A stretch of DNA of 64,000 nt from Octopus vulgaris (taxonomy: Eukaryota). Each line of letters opens with the position of its first letter. Position 1 is the stretch's first letter. This document shows, piece after piece, positions 53,843 through 64,000 of the stretch. A program made the position numbers and the translations under genes. Location of the stretch: contig OX597831.1 in assembly GCA_951406725.2 (NCBI GenBank), forward strand, positions 78,616,001-78,680,000, read 5' to 3'. The notes beneath the pieces are model-generated. The model saw only the letters and a list, made by a program, of their open reading frames with translations. It searched no databases and was not told the origin of the DNA.

Positions 53843-54471
53843 TAATTGAAAAAGTTTGGGGTCAACAAGAAGGGGCACGGTTGGACTTTCATTTTTCAAT
53901 CACTACAATTGTTTCTGCATAACGTAGTTCTCCGGCTATGCAGGTGCTTGATTCTGCAACTGTTTCCCTGCATTATGATATCTAGTTGTGTTTCCTCAAG
54001 CGATATGTAAATATTCTTTTCTACTCTTAGCACAAGGCCCGAAATTTTCGGGGAGGGACCCCGTCGATTAGATCGACCCCAATACGCAACTGGTACTTAA
54101 TTTATCGACCCCGAATGGATAAAAGGCAAACTCGATCTCGGTGGAATTTGAACACAGAAGCTGACGCTTCTGCCAGCTCGCCACCTTAGCGATATGTAAC
54201 TATTGTCTCCGTAAGTTTAAAATCCTCAGCTTCAAGAACATCCACTCTGTCTGTCGTGGACTGAATTTAGTAGCAGTCACTATCTTCTGTTGTTGAAGGA
54301 CTGTTTCCTGGACCGAGGAAACACAATTAGATCACAACATAATGCAGGAAAACTGTTGCATAATGAAATAGCTGCATGCATGGAAAACTAGATTGCGTGG
54401 AAACAATTGTAGGGATTAAAACCTAAATAGCCAACTGTACACGTTCTTATTGACACCAAATCTTTCAATTA
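53843..54471. mobile_element. Old fold-back element (~155-bp diverged arms) interrupted by a SINE B copy (about 54016-54187, minus)
   Basis: 53843-53997 vs 54315-54471 inverted; SINE flanked by agcgatatgtaa.tatt duplication. Confidence 0.75.
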
Positions 54472-54606
54472 TCTGTTCACACGCGACAGACGCCCAAAGG
54501 CAAACCTGGAATTACGTATAAATCTATTACTGGATAGCATAGAGTGAAATCCGAAGGTGGACGAGCTTTATACTGTACTCTACTACGTTCTGAACAGAAT
54601 ATACCA

Positions 54607-54642
<36 letters not shown>

Positions 54643-54647
<5 letters not shown>

Positions 54648-55490
54648 TGAATAAACAGTCGTCAAAATTACGCAAAGATGAAGATAACACTAACATCTCA
54701 TTTTAGCAGACATATTTACCAAAATTACATAAAAATATCTTCAGATACTAAAGAGTAAATTTATTCAGTAAAATAGCCATTGGCTTCAACCACGGCCTTT
54801 GCACGACTACGGAATCTTCTGCAACTCTTCTGCCATAATCTTTGCCTTCAGTTAATCTTTGGTGTTACAAGGAGTTTTGTTGGTCGCTCGATCAACTGCA
54901 CCCCACAATAATAATTAAGCGGGTTGCAGTCTTGGGAGTTAGGTGGCCAGATGTTAGGGGTGATATAGTCTTAGAAATTGTCTGACGGCCATGACTTGGT
55001 TCTCCTTCTTGTGTGGCGTGGTGCAGAGTCCTGTTGCCAAACATGGGGTCTCCCAGCAGCGACCCTCTTGACACAGGGTAGCACTACCTCCCGCAGGCAC
55101 TTGATGTAGGCCTTCATTTTCTATCTGAATTCGTATGGGAAGATGAATCGCAGTATAATGTCGCGATCACTAGTTAGCACTCCAAATACCAGGATGTTGA
55201 CTGGATGTTTGATTTTCATCATTGTTCGGTACATGTCCTGAGATTGCACTGTCCTCCGAATGACATCCAAACCCTCTGAAATGCTCGTACTGGAGCTTTC
55301 TACGCGAATGCCAAGCAGTACAGCATGTCGTTTCCAATTTTCTGGCAAAGTGAATTGCGCCAGGGTGCTGGTTTTGTCGCAGACGGTGCCCAGCTGACCC
55401 AACTATACTATGTAGTCGACAACATCAAAAAACGTAAACGCGCGAAATTAAAATTATAAAATGGTGGCAGTTTACCCATCTCACTCAGTA
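54643..55490 (-). mobile_element. Decayed, internally deleted Tc1/mariner element, maT (DD37D)-like
   Basis: KHPVNILVFG..., VWQQDSAPRH, IWPPNSQDCNPLNY on the minus strand; degenerate TIRs. Confidence 0.7.
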
Positions 55491-55857
55491 TATATATGTT
55501 AGTATGTGTGTGTGTGTGCATGTGTGTGCGTGCATGTGTGTGCGTGCATGTGTGTGTGTGTCATCATCTACAGGTGTACGAAATACTATACAACATAAAA
55601 ATTCTTTATTAAACTTCTGTCCGGCTCTAGAGGATGTGTGTAATTACTAAATGCTAGTCGAGACCAGCTCCAATTGAGAAGAGGTAGGTGTATATACGTT
55701 TAGGCATATATACAGATATCTGTCCTACACGATCATGCTTCTACATTATGAGAGCATACTATTTTCATAAATAAGCACAGACATGCGCACATGATATATA
55801 TATATATATATATCTTCCAATTCAACGTATGCACACACATATTTGTGAGTATGTATT

Positions 55858-55889
<32 letters not shown>

Positions 55890-56078
55890 CATACACACAT
55901 ATATATACACATATGTATGTGTGTGTATGTATTTGTACGTATGTATATATTTATATATATATATACACACACATGCACATACATACACACGCGCACGCAC
56001 ACAGAAGCACTCACACAGGCACACACACACACATATATATTTGCATTTCCAAGTAAGTATATATAGGCATGTATGCAG

Positions 56079-56119
<41 letters not shown>

Positions 56120-56789
56120 TCATATAAGCATTTTCATATAGGTATAAGCGTGTACGTATATGCGAACAGATATGCGTGCATTCTGTGTATAGATATGTAT
56201 ACACACATATATGCATGTATGTACGTATGTATGTATGTATGTATGTATGTATGTATGCATGTATGTATGTATGTATGTATGTATGTATGTATGTATATAT
56301 GTATGTATGTATTTATGTATGTATACTCAAATAAGCTTATACATATATTTCGTGTATGTGTGTATACAAATATATATGTGTGCGTATACTCCGAAAAGAT
56401 ATATATATATATATATACACACGCACACACATATACACACTAACAGTGATGAAACGTAGGAGATGATAATACACTGGTTATATAGAGAACACTCCGAAAT
56501 GTCAACGTTGAATTTGACTAATTCAATTAACATATGTTGTAACTTAACAAAGTTCACCCATGTTATTTAGGTCTGAGGTCGCAGTCGTCGTCGTCGTCAC
56601 CGTAGTGGTAGAGACTGCTGTTGCTGTTGTTGTTGTTGTTGTTGTTACAGTTCATGCTGTCCCTGTTGTTATATATTTAATGCCGTGCTTGTTATTTTGA
56701 TGATGATGATGATGATGTTGATGATGTTACAATCATTGACATTTGTTGTTACAAATCTTCGTTGCTGTTGTTATTATTAAGGGCGGTGG

Positions 56790-57190
56790 ATAAGGCAGCG
56801 AGCTTGGCAGAATCGTCAGCACGCCGGGCGAAATGTTTAGAAGTATTCCGTCTGTCTTTACGTTCTGAGTTCAAAACCTGCCGGGGTCGACTTTGCCTTT
56901 CATCCTTTCGGGGTCGATTAAATAAGTACCAGTTACGCACTGGGATCGATATAATCGACTTAATCCGTTTGTCTGTCCTTGTTTGTCCCCTTTGTGTTTA
57001 GCCCCTTGTGAGTAGTAAAGAAACAGGTATTTCGCCCGTCGCTACGTTCTGAGTTCAAATTCCGCCGAGGTCGACTTTGCCTTTCATCTTTTCGGGGATC
57101 GATGAATTAAGTAGCAGTGAAATATTGTGGTCGAGGTAATCGACTAGCTCCCTTCCCCCCAAATTTTTTTGGCCTTATGCCTTGAGTAAA
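56790..57190 (+). mobile_element. SINE family B, dimeric form
   Basis: Same organisation as 13911-14310 and 24932-25320. Confidence 0.9.
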
Positions 57191-57344
57191 AATAATTATT
57201 AAGGGTGGTGGATACGATCGGAATCTCCAAATCTTTAGAGCATCGGTGTTTTAGCTTCTGATATCGAACCCCGCCTCTGTCGACTTTGAAGACCGAGTTT
57301 TGTGGATATTCCTCTTTAAGTTGCTGAAAGAATTATGAATGAAA

Positions 57345-57650
57345 TATTCTTTTCTACTCTGGTAGGCACAAGGTCCGAAACTTTTGGCGGGGAGGGGACC
57401 AGTCGATTAGTTCGACCCCAATACACAACTGGAACTTAATTTATCGACCCACCGAAAAGATGAAAGGCAAAGTCGACCTCGGCGGTTTTTGAACTCAGAA
57501 CGTAAAAACAAATTCCGCCAAGGTCGACTTTGCCATTCATCTATTCGGGGCTCGATAAATTATGTACCAGTTGCGCAGTGGGTCAATCTAATCGACTGCC
57601 CACCCCCCTAAAAATTTCTGGCCTTTTGCCTACCAAAATAGAAAAGTATG
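57345..57650. mobile_element. Head-to-head pair of SINE B 3' halves
   Basis: 57345-57490 is the reverse complement of 57510-57650. Confidence 0.8.
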
Positions 57651-58274
57651 AATAATGAAATATTAATATTTTTTGACATACCGCCATTTTGTCCGTTCGC
57701 GTCATACAGATTATTTCTTCTGAAGACAACATAGGGTTCATATATAATTGCTTCAGTATAGTATGAATAATTGAGAGCACAATTAAGTTTTGGGATATAA
57801 ATGAGTTAATATACGGTTCCTAATTTAGTTGCCGTAATTATAATTATAATTTGTATGTTTATTTTACAACTATGTTTAAGGTTTGAATAGTTTCGATTAA
57901 ATTTAAGTTTCCTCACACGGTCGTTGACAGCGTGTTGTTCATTTAGGAAGCCTAAAACTAAATATTGAGCTATGGTAAATTTAATATTTAGCGAGAAAGG
58001 GGTATTAAACCAAATGATTTTCAGACATACTTTTACTTTACATTAATGATTTAATTGTAAGACTAAGCATGATAGTCTTCAGTGCCTGGGTATTGAGTGT
58101 TGAGATTACATGGAACACCGCATTTTATATTGGACTATATTAGATATTCTTCTGGCAATAGATTTCAGGAGGATTTTGAAAGTTGTGGCAGTGAAGCGGA
58201 ATCTGTTAATATACTTAAAATTTAAGTTTGCTATATAGCTTATATATATATATATATATATCTGTATATAAAGT

Positions 58275-58502
58275 CGCAGGAGTGGGTGTGTGTAAATAGC
58301 TTGCTTACCAACCACATGGTTCCGAGTTCAGTCCCACTGCGTGGCACCTTGGGCAAGTGCCTTCTATTATAGCCTCAGGCCGACCAAAACCTTGTGAGTG
58401 AATTTGGTAGACAGAAACTGAAAGACGGCCGTCGTATGTGTGTGTTTGTGTCTGTGTTTGTCCCCCCATCATCGCTTGAAAACCGATGTTGGTGTGTTTA
58501 CA
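58275..58502 (+). mobile_element. SINE family A, 3'-truncated
   Basis: gcaggagtgggtgtgtgtaaatagcttgc...ccgatgttggtgtgtttac. Confidence 0.85.
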
Positions 58503-59215
58503 TACACACATACATACATATACACATGCATATACACACATACATACATACACACATACGAAATACTTACATACATATTAGACATACATAGATACACTCA
58601 TAAACACATACATACAAACATACATACACACATACATGCCTATCACACATATATATGCGTAGTGTGTGTGCATTTGTGTGTGTATGCATATGCGCGCGTG
58701 CATGCGTGTGATAGTATCAGGTACTTAATATATGTGTGTTGTTAAACGTTTGAAGCTGCAGAATTATGTCTAAATGAGGTCCCTTTAAAGACAAATAATT
58801 TTAATAAACACAATATGCTTCAAAGCTAGAGGAAACGAAATCGTTCCGGAAATGAAGGAAAACGAGAGATATCAATAATTTGCACTTTCTTATGTCCATC
58901 GGTGTCGTGTACTCGCCCCACTTCGGAAACGAATTCCAGTCAGCCAGCTGGAAATACATATAAATAGTGTAAAATCTACTTACTGATGTGCGAAAGTTCC
59001 TCACAAGTAGAACAAAATTCAAATTTTGCGTCAGAAGCAGCTGAATACTGAAAACATTAGATTTATAGATAGACAGTTTGAATAATAGAATGTATATATG
59101 CACGCACACACACACGCATGCATGCACAAACACATATCCATATATGAATACAGATGTATATATATATATGTGCGTTCATATACATACATATATATATGCT
59201 TATATATATATAAAC

Positions 59216-59285
<70 letters not shown>

Positions 59286-59303
59286 CATATATATATACAT
59301 ACT

Positions 59304-59352
<49 letters not shown>

Positions 59353-59815
59353 GCATATATTTGTCTAATGTGTATACATGTAAGTATGTGTATATCAATG
59401 TGTTAATAGTATTAGTGTGTTTGTGTGATTGTGTATGTGTGAATCTGTATGAAATATATTTTAGAGTATATATATATAATCAAAATAAGCAATATATATA
59501 TATATACATATGTATATATATCGATTGCTTATGTGTTTTTGTGTGTGTGTGTGTGTGTACACGTATTAATGTGCTTGTGTATTTGTATGCGAACGTCGCA
59601 GTTGTGTGTTTGAGGGTATTTCTTCGCTTTCAATAAGATTGCGGCAGAAGACATTAATATCGCATTGGAAACGCTTTTAGAAATATTGAAAAATATTGAT
59701 AAATGCCATTTAGAATTACTCGGTCTCGCCTGTTGTCCAACTTTTCTATCCTATCTTGTGATGGAAATAGATATATTGGTGATGACCTACTATGTATCAC
59801 TTAATGTATACATCC

Positions 59816-59977
<162 letters not shown>

Positions 59978-60060
59978 TTATCTATCTCTGTGTGCAGCCC
60001 TGTGTGGCCAATAAAAAACTTATCTATATCTATCTATCTATTTCTCTATCTATCTATCTA

Positions 60061-60438
60061 TGTCTAGCGAATGTTTTAAAAAAAGATGGGTGAATGTAGC
60101 AAGAATGGCACGTATGAATGACGAAGCCACCTTGAGCATAATCCTATGAACCCAGAAATCGAAAACAGAGAGTTGCTTATTTGCAAAAAAAAAAAAAAAA
60201 AAGAAATATAAAATGTGACTTCATTGACCGAGGTTACCGTGGTCTTTTCCGTAGGCTTTTCTTTCCACGGGTAAACCTCACCTGTCCTCCCCTTTACACT
60301 TCATATTGACATTTCTGTGATAACGATCCCTATTGATCAATTTTTTTTTTTTTTTTCCTCTCCCCCTTTTTTTTTAACCCCCCTTTTTTTGTCCTCTTTC
60401 TCTCCTTTTACGATCCCTTTTGATCGAAACTCCCCCTT

Positions 60439-60472
<34 letters not shown>

Positions 60473-60544
60473 CTTCAAAAGAAAAGCTCTACCTTGTAAT
60501 TTGTTCTATCTGTGTGCAGCCCTGTGTGGCTAATAAAGAAACAT
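60061..60544 (+). mobile_element. Second 5'-truncated copy of the Tx1/L1-like LINE; a third ~33-bp tip lies at 59987-60019
   Basis: Matches 11746-12180 (tgtctagcgaat...gaatgtagcaag...ctgtgtgcagccctgtgtgg.taataaagaaac); (TCTA)n flanks. Confidence 0.88.
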
Positions 60545-60577
60545 ATCTATATCTATCTATATCTATCTATCTATCTA

Positions 60578-60663
<86 letters not shown>

Positions 60664-60721
60664 CAGACATAAACATACATACACATACGTTTAGGCTCAT
60701 ATATACATACACAAAAAAACA

Positions 60722-60948
60722 TACGATGGGGTGCTGATTGAAAAGTTCCTGGTTTGGGGTAAAAGAAAATAGAGGAGGATGAGTTAATTATGATTTTATT
60801 CAACAAATTCTCTTCAGATATACACGCTTATTGCAGCGGTCCTTCAGTTTTTCTAAGCCATGTGAAACAACTCAGAAGGTAGGGCCTCCAGCCACAGGAT
60901 TTTCGTGATATCCTTAAGGCCAGGAACTTTTCAGCACCACTTCAAACA
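60722..60948. mobile_element. Mariner-type MITE
   Basis: Imperfect TIRs ggtgctga(ttga)aaagttcctgg / ccaggaacttttcagcacc. Confidence 0.7.
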
Positions 60949-60964
60949 TACAATAATGTGTGAG

Positions 60965-61000
<36 letters not shown>

Positions 61001-61030
61001 TGTATGTATGTATGTATGTATGTATGTATG

Positions 61031-61064
<34 letters not shown>

Positions 61065-61067
61065 TAT

Positions 61068-61131
<64 letters not shown>

Positions 61132-61432
61132 TAATCAAAGGACATACTGAGTATGTCTACCTGATGGAAATAGCAGTCAAAACTTTTATTTAAACTGCTA
61201 AAATACACTGATGATAACTACAGAAATCAACCGAAGGCAGATCAGGTTAATAAAATCTCCTAACGTACATTTAAGTATTTGAACTCACGTGGACCAGTTT
61301 CTGCATTGGCAAAAATCTATTTACCTTCTTCAGCACGCGTTACCAAGATGGAGAGACCCAACCTATCGTTTTGAAGTCTGCGCCTTAATCTTTGCAGCCA
61401 CCAGTGTTTATATATGCGAACATATAAGTATG

Positions 61433-61500
<68 letters not shown>

Positions 61501-61611
61501 CGTGTCCTTATATGTGTGTGTTTGTGTCTGTGTGAGTGTGCGTGTGTGTGCGTGTGTATTTGTAACTGTCACCTTCCAGCATGGAAGCTAAAGCTTACTG
61601 AGACAGACATT

Positions 61612-61827
61612 CATTTCAAATTTTGGCACAAGGCCAGCAACTTTCGGGAAGGTTGTAAGTGGATTACATCGGCCCTAGTGCTCAGCTGGCACTTATTTCA
61701 TCGACCCCAAAAGACTGATAAGCAAAGTCGACCCCTGCGGAATTTGAAACCAGAACGTACAAACGGACGAAATGCTGCCAAGCATTTCGTCCGGCGTGCT
61801 AAATGCTCTGCCAATTCTCCACCCTTA
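61612..61827 (-). mobile_element. SINE family B
   Basis: tttcaaattttggcacaaggccagcaa...gcatttcgtccggcgtgctaa. Confidence 0.8.
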
Positions 61828-62221
61828 AAGAAATAAACATTTACATCTTAAAACATTTCTTTCTTTCGCCTCCACTTTTGGAGATCAAACCTCCATGACC
61901 ATTTCTCGTTTGTGTGACGAATGACTGGGACTTATTTTTCATCGACGCCAAGAAGAGCAAAGAATGGAAAATATTCTAACCAATACACAAACGATTCTGC
62001 TAATTCTCTCTGTAACTGTCACGTCTATTTTCAGACACACCGACCGCTGAAACGTTGCTTTCAGAAGAATTAGACAGACCTTCACACTTTGCTAATACTA
62101 TAAGGCAAATAATGATTGTCTGTTGTTGTTATTGACGTTGTTGATTTAAATTTTATTTACAGAGAATAACTATAATGAAGATTAAAAACAACACACTGAT
62201 GATTATTTGTACATATAAGGA

Positions 62222-62307
62222 ACACTCCGTCAGTTATAACGACGAGGGTTCCAGTTGATCCGATCAACGGAACAGCCTGCTCGTGAAATTAACGTGCAAG
62301 TGGCTGT
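62222..62307 (-). mobile_element. SINE family D, 3' tail fragment
   Basis: Reverse complement of 12568-12652. Confidence 0.75.
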
Positions 62308-64000
62308 TTCAGAGAACACTTTGAATGGACGTCGCCCCAACGCAGCCCCTTTTGGTTGAAGTTGCTTCGACCGCGAGTAAAAGAAAAAAGACAAAAAAAA
62401 AAACTAAATCTCCTGCTAATGTGGAGACCTTCAAATAAATGGTTTCGTTTCCTTTTAATTCGTTGATAACCAATAAGTAAATGAATATTAATGCGTCATC
62501 ATCAATGATTCTGGTCACCATCAATACCCACCGCATCAGCAGTAGCAGCAGCCGTTCAAGAATTTGGACCCTCGACTACAACAAGACGACCAAATTTTTT
62601 TTTTTTTTCGAAGGTCTGGGGTCTCCCGCCCCTAGGCCCTAGACCATCACCTAATCACCCTTACCCGTCTTGTTGCTTAATAACAACAACAACAGCAGTA
62701 GCAGCAGCGACAGCAATATCAACGGCAGAAGCAACAGAGGCAGTAACAGCAGCAGCAGAAGTAGTAGGGGCCGCAGCAGCAGCACCACCACCACCAGCAA
62801 CAACAACAACAACATCGTCCTCACTACCAGAGAAACCATTTTCACCAACACCGCCGCATTCAAATCCAGCGCCACCAACATCACCACAACTGCCCTACGA
62901 CACCGGCACCACCACCATCATCGTCACCATTGCTGCTATCATTAAAACGACGACAACCACCGCCCCCGCAGTTTCCCCCCACCACCATCACCATCGCAAC
63001 CACCCTACAGCATCAGTAACTCAATCATAATCGTCTTTACTACCGCAAACGCCTTCACGACGTGGCCACCACAACCATCACCATCACCAACATCACCACC
63101 AAGAACAACGAGATGGTCGTCACCATTATCGCCAATGCTAAGACCATCACCACCACCACCCCGCCGCCACCACTAACACTACCATCGCCCCTACAGCTGC
63201 CGCACTCACCAAAACCAGCATCACTACCGCCGACACCAATACCACCAATACCACGACAACGACGCCGAAAACCACCGCCAGCGCCACCACCACCAACAAC
63301 AACAGTAACACAACCATCACTACCACCAGCATCATCACCACCACCCCCCGCCATTATCACTACCACCACAATCATCATCAGTCCCACCATCACCGTCACC
63401 ATTATTATCATCACCACCATCGTCACAATTATCTCCACCACCACCACCAATACCATTATGATTACCACCACCACTATTGCCACCATTATCACCACAGCCA
63501 CCACCATTATCATTACTACCATCATTATCATCACATCTCCACCATTATCACCGCTATTGCCACAAGCACCACCACTACCACCACCATTGCCACCACCACC
63601 GCCACCACCATCCTTCCACTACCGCCACGACTATCACCGCCATCGTTACCACCACCACCGACGCCACCACAACCACCAACATCACCAGTACCACCGCTAT
63701 CGGCGCCACCACCATTACCACCAGCACCATCACCACCACTACCACCACAATCACCACCACCTCCATACCTCCACTGCCACCCCCACTATCACCCCCATCG
63801 CTACCACCACCACAACCACCACCGATGTCTCCACAACCACCACCATCACTACCACCACTATCAGCACCACCACCACTATCTCCACCACTGTCACCACCAC
63901 GACCACGACCACGACCACCACCATTGCCATCACCCCCACTACCACCACCACAGCCATACCTCAATCACGCAAGAACCATTTACAGCACGTCGCCATCTCT

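Noticed and set aside
56444-56508. GTGATGA...GGAG/CTCC-GAAA-TGTC hammerhead candidate
   Set aside because: Wrong position 3, six unpaired bases before helix II, and no helix I.

Overview
Eukaryotic, gene-poor, AT-rich DNA made almost entirely of microsatellites ((TA)n, (TATG)n, (TCTA)n, (CA)n, (AAT)n, (TTC)n, ACC/ATC-rich tracts) and transposon relics. Nearly all ORFs in the track are translated simple repeats, and I cannot support any host protein-coding gene. The repeat mix resembles Octopus (coleoid cephalopod) genomes as I recall them; this is inference, not a search result. Recognisable elements: several tRNA-derived SINE families (about 30 copies or fragments), one full-length inactivated DD34D mariner, other mariner/maT relics and MITEs, hAT MITEs, a non-autonomous Helitron, two Penelope-like (PLE) RT fragments, Tx1/L1-like 3' ends inside (TCTA)n, and R4/Dong-like 3' ends inside (AAT)n. 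The most notable signal is a set of apparently unrelated 0.3-0.7 kb non-coding inserts, mostly within or beside (TA)n tracts, that carry type I hammerhead ribozyme motifs. One motif is fully canonical (41324-41385, minus strand) and two loci show the U3-A8 covariant core. These inserts have fold-back and terminally redundant architecture, consistent with PLE pseudo-LTR-derived or retrozyme-like mobile RNAs. All coordinates and pairings were read by eye.
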